The notes under the pieces: generated by a model
Told to the model about the DNA's origin: nothing
The model's database searches: none
Seen by the model: only the letters and a program-made list of their open reading frames with translations
Program-made: the position numbers and the translations under genes
In this document: one piece after another, positions 1 to 10,559 of the stretch
Numbering within the stretch: position 1 is the first letter of the stretch
Layout: the number at the start of each line of letters is the position of its first letter
Assembly (NCBI GenBank): GCA_951406725.2
Contig: OX597815.1
Coordinates: 3,038,001 to 3,102,000, forward strand
Length of the DNA: 64,000 nt
Direction of reading: 5' to 3'
From: Octopus vulgaris
Taxonomy: Eukaryota

Positions 1-102
1 TGCTAGCATGGATTGGACGGTTCGACCGGGATCTGGGAAGCCAGGGGCTGCACCAGGCTCCAGTCTGATCTGGCAGAGTTTCTACTGCTGGATGCCCTTC
101 CT
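1..102 (-). mobile_element. 3' UTR fragment of RTE-clade LINE
   Basis: Near-identical to 5203-5305, which is contiguous with RTE-like ORF2 C-terminal coding sequence at 5649-6030. Confidence 0.75.
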
Positions 103-165
103 AAATAATAATAATAATATCCAAAAAATACCTTAAGAATGAGAACCCAGGTTCGAAATTTCCTT

Positions 166-213
166 AAGGCATCTGATGAAGGCTGGAGGGTATATCAGCT
201 GAAATGTTGTGTT
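166..213 (+). ncRNA. Degenerate minimal type I hammerhead ribozyme motif (Penelope-like)
   Basis: GGCAT-CTGATGA-A-GGCTG..CAGCT-GAAAT-GTT-GTGTT. Core at 173-179, stem II, GAAA at 201-204, wobble-rich stem I. Lies in a ~170-bp insert after (AAT)n. Confidence 0.5.
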
Positions 214-278
214 AACAACAAACAAGATGAGGATAAATATCCGTCGAATTTAAATAATGTAAATTCTTTCATATTTAA

Positions 279-493
279 CCCTTTAAGCATTCAGGTAATT
301 GTCAAATCTAATTCTAAATCTATCCTCATTGTTCTGAATTAATCATGCATTATCTTGTAGCTAAGAAATTTTCATGATTTCATTGTTTATTTTTGAATGA
401 CAGTGTAGAATATGTGTGAAAGGTCAGATCTGGCCAGTTTTGATATAAAACAGAATATTTAGGCTGGATATGGTTGGTTTGAATGCTAAAGGG
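279..493. mobile_element. piggyBac-like MITE
   Basis: TTAA|CCCTTTAAGCATTC ... GAATGCTAAAGGG|TTGA: terminal inverted repeats with a TTAA-like target site. Confidence 0.7.
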
Positions 494-663
494 TTGATGT
501 ATTGGCTTTCATACATTTCTGTTGCTTTTCTTGTTGGGGTGGGGCTTGCATTTCACTGTTTGCTATTCTTATTAATAGGAACATCAATCCCCCCACACAC
601 ACACCTCTTCATGACAGCTTTACCCATTCACATACACACATGGACACAGCAGCATACACACAT

Positions 664-965
664 ATCATCATCATCATCATCATCGTTAATGTCCGTTTTC
701 TGTGCTAGCATGGGTTGGACAGTTCGACCGGGGTCTGGGAAGCCAGGGCTGCACCAGGCTCCAGTCTGATCTGGCAGTGTTTCTACAGCTGGATGCCCTT
801 CCTAATGCCAACCACTCCGCGAATGTAGTGGGTGCTTTTTACGTGCCACCTGCACAGGTGCCAGGGGGGGTCTGGCATCGGCCACGATCGGTTGGTGCTT
901 TTAACGTGCCACTGGCACGGAAGCCAGCCAAGGCGGCGCTGGCATCGAGGCAGCACTGGCATCGG
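664..965 (-). mobile_element. RTE LINE 3' UTR fragment with (GAT)n tail
   Basis: (CAT)n tract followed by the same sequence as 5175-5490. Confidence 0.8.
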
Positions 966-1279
966 TATGTGTATGCATAGGCTTCCTGCAGTTTCTGTCG
1001 ATCAAATTCACTCACGTGGCATTGGTCATCCTAAGTTTATTGGAATCAAACTGAAAGCCAGATGTTTGCAAAGTGAAATTCTCAACCTCACAGTCACACC
1101 TGCATCCCCCCCATCCTCATCATCATTTAACATTTGTCTTCTGTTCAGACAGAATCTGATGAGCCAGAGGATGGCAGTGTCTACTTTGTAAAAGTTTCTA
1201 AGCAGATGTTTTCTAAATGTGACCAACACTGATGACTTTGTGCTATTAGCAGAAACATTAATTTTCTTTTTATATTTAA

Positions 1280-1681
1280 CTAGCAGTATCGCCCGGCGTT
1301 GCTTGGGTGTGTAAGGGAAATAACTATATAAGCATTTTTAGAGAGTTATAGCCAAAAAATAACAAAAAAATGCATTAAAAATGGAAAAAAAATTATAGTA
1401 AATTTTTTTTTTAAATCTTTGACTCATCGTAGACATTTTTAGAGAGTTACTTCCCTTATATAATAGCGAAAAAATGCATTAAAATGGAAAAAAATGATGG
1501 TAAATTTTTTTTTAAATCATAGACTCATCGTAGACACGCGCTAATACCCAGAAGGGCTCGATATGAATCACGACTATAAGATACCCGGTTTTGGTTAAAC
1601 TGCATCGCAAAATGTGGGAGTAGTTAGGAATCTAAATCGTAGGAGACAGACAGCACATAACCTCACTTTTATATATAAAGA
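1280..1681 (-). mobile_element. Non-autonomous Helitron
   Basis: Minus strand starts TC(TTTATATAT) and ends with a GC hairpin (CCCAAGCAACGCCGGG) followed by CTAG|T. Confidence 0.7.
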
Positions 1682-1917
1682 CATTCACTAAAAAATATAT
1701 ATTTTCCTAGTATATAAGGTTTTATTTAATATACATCTAGTCATATACTTCTCATTTATTTAGCTTTTCCTTAATTTATCCCTCCTCTTTCTATAGGCTA
1801 ACTCTGACGTTATATCATATAACATTTTTTTCAAACAATATTAATAGCATTCAGTTAATCACTAGACATATCCATCATTTTCTGTTAAAATGTCTTAATG
1901 ACGAGTTTTATTTCTTC

Positions 1918-2004
1918 ACTTCCCTGAAGAGAAGATTACATTGTTTTACACCATTTTATTCCTTTGGAATAATACCAGTGATATCTTCCAAACATGTCGG
2001 AAGT
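1918..2004 (+). ncRNA. Type I hammerhead ribozyme motif with G12C core change
   Basis: Stem I ACTTCC/GGAAGT (6/6), CTGAAGA, stem II GAAGAT/ATCTTC (6/6), CAAAC instead of GAAAC, palindromic ACATGT, cleavage triplet GTC. Confidence 0.7.
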
Positions 2005-2088
2005 AAAAGTATTTGAATTACACCTGCCTTAAACTCCATTTATATATATATATATATATATATAGATAGAGAGAGAGAGACTTATACA

Positions 2089-2610
2089 TTATATTACAGA
2101 GTAAAAGTAGGAAAAATTATATCATAAAAAATCACAGTGGAGATATGTCCATAATATAAACAATATTGTATTAATAAATGAATAGATAAAGCACAGCTAT
2201 GGTCATTTAAAAAGACTTGAGAGATCTTACGATTGTTTCATGAATACTACAACCTTAGAAATGAAATCCAAAGTTAATCACCATGATTAGGAAATATATC
2301 CACTCGTTAGAGAAAAGGATGAATTTCAGTGTAGTAAATCGAATGATGGAAATGCTATTTAAAATCGTGTGATAAAGGTGTTGTTTAAATGAGTGGATAT
2401 ATTTCCTAATAATGGTTATCAACTTTGGATTTCATTTCTAAAGGTTGGATTATTCATGAAACGATCGTAAGATCTCTGAAATCTTTTTTAATGACCATAG
2501 CTGTGCTTTATCTATTCATTTATTAATACAATATTGTTTGTATTACGGACGTATCTCTACTGCGATTTTTATGATGTAATTTTCCCTACTTTTTACTTTC
2601 TAATATATAA
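2089..2610. mobile_element. Penelope-like inverted pseudo-LTR pair with degenerate HHR
   Basis: ~220-bp imperfect arms 2089-2308 and 2388-2610. Minus-strand motif TCT-CTAACGA-GTGGATA..TATTCAT-GAAAC-AATC-GTA-AGA at 2225-2313. Flanked by (TA)n. Confidence 0.65.
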
Positions 2611-2797
2611 TCGCTCTAATTGAATCTCTAAATATCTTTTCAAGGTTTTAGACATTTCTCATATCCAGAGCACTTATCTGAAATCCAGTACTCTTTATTT
2701 TCAAAGGATCTATTTGATTAACTATATATATATAGACATATACATGTATACACTCACACAAACATAGATATGTATATATATATATATGTATATATGT

Positions 2798-2858
2798 AGG
2801 TCCCGGGTTGAGTCGGGGTTAACCACAGTAAATAGAAGCTCCTTCTATAAAATAAAAT
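2798..2858. mobile_element. Collapsed fragment of the 43.1-kb palindromic HHR element family
   Basis: 2798-2834 resembles the reverse complement of 43299-43335, and 2835-2853 matches 43246-43264. Embedded in (TA)n. Confidence 0.65.
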
Positions 2859-3664
2859 ATATATGTATATATATATATATACACACACACACACATATGT
2901 ATACATTCACACACGAAAGGGCTAATATATGATATATAAAAACATGTAACATACAAATAAATATCTGTAAATATAAAACCATCCAGATTTCTGAGTTCCT
3001 CATTTCTTCTAATATGTAATACCTGTACATCATCTCCAAACCTTCCAATATACACACATACATACACAAGAATAGGGGAAACTGAAATAAGAAGGAAAGG
3101 AAGGTACAGGGGTAAGGAATGAAGAAGACTATATATGTAGAATGGTAAGAACCTAGTTGTAGTGGCAACGTCCAGTGTGGGTTGCAATGGTCAGATGTAT
3201 ACCCATTACATTACATCGTTAGAGGGAATTCATCTCTACTAATATATAACATTGCTGCTTTCCTGTATCATTGAGGACAGATTTTGTCATAGCATGTCGT
3301 TGCCAGTGAGTACAAGCTACTGACAAAGCCCAAAGAAGCAGAATTGCATGTCTAGCCATACCACCACGACCACCACCGCTGGACCGTTTACGTCTACTTC
3401 TGATATAGTTTTGTGTTATTTACCAATGTACATCCATTAGAGATTCTATCTGAAGACTAATATCACCATATATCAGGCTTTCAAACGATTGTGCTTTTTT
3501 TATGCTACACAGATTGATGTTTTAGACTAACACTGCTTCAGTTGCACATAAATTTGTGTGTGTATATATATATATATATATATCTCGTTGCTATTGTGTT
3601 AAACTGTCGTATGTCCAGCTGCTTCAGATGCCAAGATATGAAAATTATCAAATTGTAATTAAGA

Positions 3665-4365
3665 CACCCATGCCGGTGACACATAAAAAGCACCGTCCAA
3701 ACATGGCAGATGCTAGCACCGCCTGACTGGCGTTCATGTCGGTGACATGTAAAGCACCAACCGATCGTGGCCGTTTGCCAGCTTGCTCTGGCCCCTGTGC
3801 CTGTGGCATGTAAAAAGCACCGTCCGAACATGGCAGATGCCAGCACCGCCTGACTGGCGTCCGTGTTGGTGACATGTAAAGCACCAACCGATCGTGGCCT
3901 TTTGCCAGCCTGCTCTGGCCCCTGTGCCGGTGGCATGTAAAAAGCACCGTCCGAACATGGCAGATGCCAGCACCGCCTGACTGGCGTTTGGGTCGATGCC
4001 ACGTAAAGCACCAACCGATCGTGGCCATTTGCCAGCCTGCTCTGGCCCCTGTGCCGGTGGCATGTAAAAAGCACCGTCCGAACATGGCAGATGCCAGCAC
4101 CGCCTGACTGGCGTTTGGGTCGATGCCACGTAAAGCACCAACCGATCGTGGCCATTTGCCAGCCTGCTCTGGCCCCTGTGCCGGTGGCATGTAAAAAGCA
4201 CCACTTTACATTCATGGAGTTGTTGGCGTTAGGAAGGGCATCCAGCTGTAGAAACACTGCCAGATAAGACTGGAGCCCGGTGCAGCCTCCTAGCTTCCCA
4301 GACCCCGGTTGAACCATCCAACCCATGCTAGCATGAAAAACGGACGTTAAATGATGATGATGATG
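3665..4365 (+). mobile_element. RTE LINE 3' UTR with internal 127-bp tandem array
   Basis: AAAGCACCAACCGATCGTGGCC recurs at 3751, 3878, 4005 and 4132. Ends GGACGTTAAA(TGA)n. Confidence 0.8.
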
Positions 4366-4705
4366 TAGTACAACAGTTTAGCATTTTGCAAAAGTATAGT
4401 GAGTCCCACATACGACAGTTTTGCAAAAATATTTCTGACTGAGAATATCACAAATGCATGGAGTGATGATTTTATGCGCCCAACAAAGTATTTATTGTTC
4501 AGCTGAAACTGTTGCTAATGTAAAAAGAAATGCAACAGTGACTCTATTTCTTTCGTTTTCTGAAAAAGCAACGTTTTGGACTTACGACACTTTTGCATAA
4601 TAGCAACGATACATTCTTATATGAAGCTTGTCTCAATTCTTCGTTGGTAAATTGTAAGACATCCTCTTCAGGCAAAGAGAATTTAAAGAGATGAAGACTT
4701 TCTAG

Positions 4706-4865
4706 AGGTGCAGGTGTGGTAAGAAGCTTGCTTCCCAACCACATGGTTCCTAGTTCAGTCCCATTCTACGGCACCTTGGGCAAGTGACTTCCTTCCGCTA
4801 TAGCTTTGGACCAACTAAAGCCTTCTGCATACATTTGGTAGACAGGAACAGAAAGAAGCCTGTTG
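4706..4865 (+). mobile_element. tRNA-derived SINE head (family with internal microsatellite)
   Basis: Box A/B-like GTGTGGTAAG...GTTCAGTCCC. Homologous to 54680-54838 in reverse. Confidence 0.7.
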
Positions 4866-5033
4866 TGTGTGTGTGTATAAGTGTGTGTATATACATACAT
4901 GTATGTGTGTGTGTGTGTATATATATATATATACGTGTGTGTGTATATATACATACGTGTGTGTATATATATATATATATATACACGTGTTTGTGTGTAT
5001 ATATACATGTGTGTTTGTGTGTATATATACAAA

Positions 5034-5065
<32 letters not shown>

Positions 5066-5174
5066 CATATGTATGTGTATATATATATACACACACACAC
5101 ACATACATACATACATACACACACATACATATACATACATATACATACATATACATATATATACATATATACAT

Positions 5175-6030
5175 ATCATCATCATTTAGCGTCCACTTTC
5201 CATGCTAGCATGGGTTGGACGGTTCAACTGGGGTCTGGGAAGCCAGAAGGCTGCACCAGGCCCAGTCTGATCTGGCAATGTTTCTACGGCTGGATGCCCT
5301 TCCTAACGCCAACCACTCCGTGAGTGTAGTGGGTGCTTTTTATGTGCCACTGACACAGGTGCCAGACGAGGCTGGCGAACAGCCACGATTGGATGGTGTT
5401 TGTTACGTGCCCACAGCACAGAGGCCAGTCGATGCGGTACTGGTTACAGCCACGTTCGGATGGTTTTCTTATGTGCCACCGGCACTAGTACCACAAAAAT
5501 GCAAATTCCATTGATGTTCATCGATTTTGATTTGATTTGATTTTCACTTGCCTCAACAGGTTTTCACAAGTAGAGTTGTGTGTCCCAAGAAGGAGGGTAT
5601 GCACAGGTGGACTGACTACGTCCCAGGTAGGGGCCTTGGGTTATGACCTCACGTGTCCTGCCGGGTCTTCTCGCGCACAGCATACTTCGAAGGGTCTTGG
5701 TCTCTGGTCATTTCCTCGGTGAGACCTAAAGCGTGAGGGTCGTTCTTCACCACCTCGTCCCAGGTTTTCCTGGGTCTGCTTTTTCTGCAGGTTCCCTCAG
5801 CCGCTGCCCGTATGGCACTTTTTCGCACAACTGTCTTCATCCATTCTTACTACGTGTCCATACCAGCATAGACGCCTCTCTTGCACACCACATCTGATGC
5901 TTCTTGGGTCCAGCTTTTCTCTCAAGGCACTTGCACTCTGTCGGGTGTGAACACTGACATTACACATCCAACGGAGCATACTGGCTTCATTTCTTGCGAG
6001 CTTACGCATATCCTCAGCAGTCACGGCCCA
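5175..6030 (-). mobile_element. 5'-truncated RTE-clade LINE (ORF2 C-terminus, 3' UTR, (GAT)n tail)
   Basis: Frameshifted translation EASMLRWMCNVS..RRLCWYGHVVRM..SRPRKTWDEVVKND, typical of RTE ORF2 C-termini. Confidence 0.85.
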
Positions 6031-6540
6031 TGTATATATACATACATACATATATATACATATACACCCATACACATTTACACACACAGATTCTTTTCTA
6101 CACTTGGCACAGGGCCTGAAATTTTGGGAGAGGGGGCCAGTTGATTAGATCGACCCTAGTATGCAACTGGTACTTAATTTATCGACCCTGAAATTATGAA
6201 ACGCAAGCTCGACTTCAACGGGATTTGAACTCAGAAAGTAAAGACATGAAACACTGTCCAGCGTGTTGACCATCCTGCCAGCTTGCCACAATATCAGTTT
6301 GTCCCTGGTATAGCTTGACAATTGGTGTTGCTTTGTTCACATCCCTGTAACGTAGCGGTTCAGCAAGAGGCTAATAGGGTAATTATCAAACTTTAAAGAA
6401 AAAAGTCCTGGGGTCAATTTCTTTGAAAGCACTGCCCCAGCATGGCCTTGGTTAATTGGCTGAAAGAAATAAAAGAAGACCTGAAACTGCAAATGTCTCT
6501 GCCCAGTGTATATCAATAAGAGAAAGGGGGAAATTCAAGA

Positions 6541-6749
6541 AGGAATTAAAAAAAAAAAATTTTAAATATCCTTTACACCCCTCCTACACAAATTTTTCCA
6601 AGTTTTGACACTTTAGAGACATCAAATCTTATGAGTCTTGGTAGTCAGATTCGTAAGATCTGATGTCTCTAAAGTGTCAAACCTTGGATAAATTTGTGCA
6701 GGAGGGGTGTAAAGGATATTTAAAATTTTTTTTTTTTTTTTTAATTCCT
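6541..6749. repeat. Foldback inverted repeat (~98-bp arms, ~8-nt loop), probable MITE
   Basis: AGGAATTAAAA..TATCCTTTACACCCCTCCT..GAGTCT / AGATTC..AGGAGGGGTGTAAAGGATA..TTAATTCCT. Confidence 0.85.
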
Positions 6750-6939
6750 CCATATTTATTTATTGGTGAAAATATATAAAATGAGTGATGCAGGTTCAAT
6801 ACTCAGAGGAATATTTAAAATTTGGATTTATTCCCCACTCTCTAAAAAACTGGGATCTTGTGAACTTTCTCAACTCCTCTCTCCATCCTCTTGATTTCCG
6901 CACATTTTTTTTTTCTTTTCATATTCGTTTTCCTACACA

Positions 6940-7266
6940 CTGCCTTTAGTCGAGCAAATCGACCCCCAGGACTTATTCTTTGTAAGCCCAGTACTTATTC
7001 TATCGGTCTCTTTTGCCGAACCGCTAAGTGACGGGAATGTAAACACACCAGCATCGGTTGTCAATCAATGCTAGGGGGACAAACACACACACATACATAT
7101 ATATATACAACAGGCTTCTTTCAGTTTCCGTCTACCAAATCCACTCACAAGTCATTGGTCGGCCCGGGGCTATAGCAGAAGACACTTGCCCAAGATGCCA
7201 CGCAGTGGGACTGAACCCGCAACCATGTGGTTGGTTAGCAAGTTTCTTAACACACAGCCACTCCTA
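6940..7266 (-). mobile_element. tRNA-derived SINE with internal (CA/TA)n
   Basis: Near-identical to 54480-54838. Confidence 0.85.
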
Positions 7267-7596
7267 CACCTATCACAGCCACTTCTGCACTATTTTTTTT
7301 TATATATATATATAATATATATATATATATACATACATATTATATATATATATACATACATATTATATATATATATCCCTCTCTCTCTTTCGGAGAGGCA
7401 CAAGCACCTACACGTACATGTACACACACGGCAGTAACTTCCGCCTGCCGAATTCAATCACAAAGCTTCGGTCGGCTCGGGGCTATAGCAGAAGACACCT
7501 ACCCAAAGTGCCACGCAGTGGGACTGAACCCGAAACCATGTAGCTAGGAAGCAAGCTCCATATTATATATATATACATACATATTATATATATACT

Positions 7597-7653
7597 TTGA
7601 TAGGTTTCGGCCATTATTGGCCCAGGCCATGTCTAACTTAATAGCACCACCTG
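7597..7653 (-). mobile_element. ~55-bp extreme 3' end of CR1-like LINE family A
   Basis: TTGGCCCAGGCCATGTCTAACTTAATAGCACCACCTGG is identical to 27347-27384. Confidence 0.8.
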
Positions 7654-7690
7654 GTATATATATATACATATTATATATATATATATATAC

Positions 7691-7758
<68 letters not shown>

Positions 7759-7821
7759 ATACATATTATATATATATATACATATTATATATATATATAC
7801 ATATTATATATATATATATAT

Positions 7822-7897
<76 letters not shown>

Positions 7898-8220
7898 CAT
7901 ATTATATATATATATACATATTATATATATATATACATATTATATATATATACATACATATTATATATATATACATACATATTATATATATATACATACA
8001 TATTATATATATATATACATACATATTATATATATATATACATACATATATATATATATATGTATGTATATATGTATGTATATATATATATATATAATGT
8101 ATGTATATATATATATATATATAAATGTATGTAAATATATATATATATAAATGTATGTAAATATATATATATATAAATGTATGTATATATATATATATAT
8201 AAATGTATATATGTATATAT
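7654..8220. repeat. (TA)n-derived microsatellite
   Basis: Direct reading. Confidence 0.95.
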
Positions 8221-8900
8221 ACAAATATAAGAGAGTGTCCACTATGTGGTCGCTCTTGCGCTAAAAATAGATCTGCAATGGTCTCAACCACCAAGAATTG
8301 TTCCCAAGGTGAATTAGCACAACAATGAACGTAAACAAGCAGGACAAATGAAAAATAACAAAAATGTAGATTAATTCTGGACAATTGTTTCGCTGTTAAT
8401 GGATTATGCAATGTTACTTACATAATATATCTGCAGCTCTTCAGTAGAATTTGTCGTGAATACAATTTACTGAACCGCACGCCAGATTTTAACATAAAGC
8501 TAAACACACGTGTGGTTCAGTATATTATATTCGCAGTTATGATTCAAATGCCCTCGTTATAGCGCAACAAAATTCCCGGAAACAGATACTGCATAAATAA
8601 TTTACTGCAGTATAATTAAAATCAAAAATAAGGGTGAAAAAATTGGATATTAATTTAATAATAACATCAATTTAACACCAAGTGGTTTAGCACATAAAAA
8701 CCTGGGGTACAGTAAAAATTAATACACAAATATAAGAGAGTGTCCACTATGTGGTCGCTCTTGCGCTAAAAATAGATCCACAATGGTCTCAACCACCAAG
8801 AATTGTTCCCAAGGAGAATTAGCACAACTATGAATGTAAACGAGCAGGACAAATGAAAAATAACAACAATGTAGATTAATTCCAGACAATTGTTTCGCGG
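8221..8900 (-). mobile_element. Penelope-like/retrozyme-like element with ~180-bp direct repeats (period 505 bp)
   Basis: 8221-8400 is repeated at 8726-8905, and both copies carry GAAAC-AATT-GTC on the minus strand. Confidence 0.7.
8373..8451 (-). ncRNA. Type I hammerhead ribozyme motif
   Basis: Minus strand AATTCTA-CTGAAGA-GCTG..CAGC-GAAAC-AATT-GTC-CAGAATT. Intact core, palindromic stem III ACAATTGT. Confidence 0.75.
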
Positions 8901-9153
8901 CTCAGTGGTTACTGATGATGTTGACTTATTCTTCTTTTCGGATTATGGCTGCTGTTGCTTAGTGAGTGGGATTGACTCAGTGCACAGCCCTTACTCATTT
9001 AAAAAAAAAATCTTCTTGCACAGGCTTTGCACGATAACAATATTGATTAAGCTTCGTGCAATGGCCATACCCGAAAACGAGGGGGCAGCCACCATATAAA
9101 GATATATATATATATATGTATATAAAGATATATATCTATGTATGAATATAAAA

Positions 9154-9184
<31 letters not shown>

Positions 9185-9189
9185 TTCGT

Positions 9190-9465
9190 GTCCGTTGCCA
9201 GCCTCGCCTGGCCCCCGTGCCGGTAGCACGTAAAAGTATCATCCGTTCGTGGCTGTTTGCCAGCTCTGTCTGGCACCTGTGCAGGTGGCACGTAAAAAGC
9301 ACCCACTACACTCACGGAGTGGTTGGCGTTAGGAAGGGCATCCAGCCGTAGAAACTCTGCCAAATCTGAATGGGCCTGATGAAGCCTTCCGGCTTCACAG
9401 ACCCCAGTTCAACCGTCCAACCCATGCTAGCATGGAAAACGGACGCTAAATGATGATGATGATGA
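9190..9465 (+). mobile_element. RTE LINE 3' UTR fragment
   Basis: Same sequence as 4150-4365, with (TGA)n tail. Confidence 0.8.
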
Positions 9466-9504
9466 TATGTGTGTGTGCGTATATATATATATACATGTGT
9501 TAGT

Positions 9505-9544
<40 letters not shown>

Positions 9545-10559
9545 GTGTATTTGTCCTCTACCACGACCTGGTAACCAGTGTTGGTGTGTTTACATCCCTG
9601 TAAATTAGCAATTTGGTGACAGAAACCAGTTGAATAAGTTTGAGGCTTAAAAAGAAAATAAATCCTGGGGTCGATTCATTCGACTGAAAATTCTTCAAGG
9701 CTGTGCCCCAGCATGGCCGCAGTCTAATGACTGAAGCAAGTAAACAATGAAATGCAGTGAAATTCATTCTCGCCCCCCCTCCACTTGTACCTTCTGTTCA
9801 TCCTCCTCCTTCCACTCCTTTATCCCCTCCTACCTTCTCTATTCTTCTTTCTTGGATTTTCTTTGCCCCTCTCTCACTTCATTACCTCATTCTTTCTTTC
9901 CTTTGCTCTTCCCCCCTACTTTTGTATATATTTACTCTCCCCTACAAAGGGTGGGGGGGGACACACACAACCAAATGAAGTTGTGTTACGAGCTTAAAAA
10001 GAGCAGCATGTACCCTCACCTCCCCTTCCTCAATACCTCCTCTCTCACTTCAGCCTCCTCCACCCTCTTACCAACCCTTTTTCTCCTCCGCCCCACCCCC
10101 TCCACCACATGAAAGGAACCCAAGCAAAGACAAACAATAGATAGATGTTATTGGTGGGGCTGGGAGCTGAGGCCCTCCCTTATCCCCTTTTGGGGTTTTT
10201 ATCCTGTCCACCTGCCCTCACCCCCATTTTCCCCACCACCACCACCACCGCCCTGGTTAATCCCTTCCACCTCCACCCTCCTGTGCCCCTCTTAACTATT
10301 CTGGAGGCAAAACCCAAACCCCTAACTGTGTTCCCAAGAGCACAATGCAATGTTACATTGTGCAGTTATCTTCTACTTGCTTCAGTCTGTGGCCATACTG
10401 GAGCACAGCTTTGAAGTTTTCGTCAAATGAATCAACTCCAGTGCCCTTTTTTAAATTTTTTATGCTTGGAACGTATTCTATCAGTCTCTTTTGCCAAACT
10501 GCTAAGTTACAGAGGGACACAAACACACCAATAACAGTTGCCAAGCCGTGGCAGAGCAC

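Noticed and set aside
1156-1180. CTGATGA-GCCA..TGGC hammerhead-like start
   Set aside because: Followed by AGTG rather than GAAA, and lies in a decayed RTE-UTR-like segment.
3538-4326. 262-aa Cys/His-rich repetitive ORF resembling a zinc-finger protein
   Set aside because: Antisense read-through of the 127-bp tandem repeat, with the frame rotating each unit.
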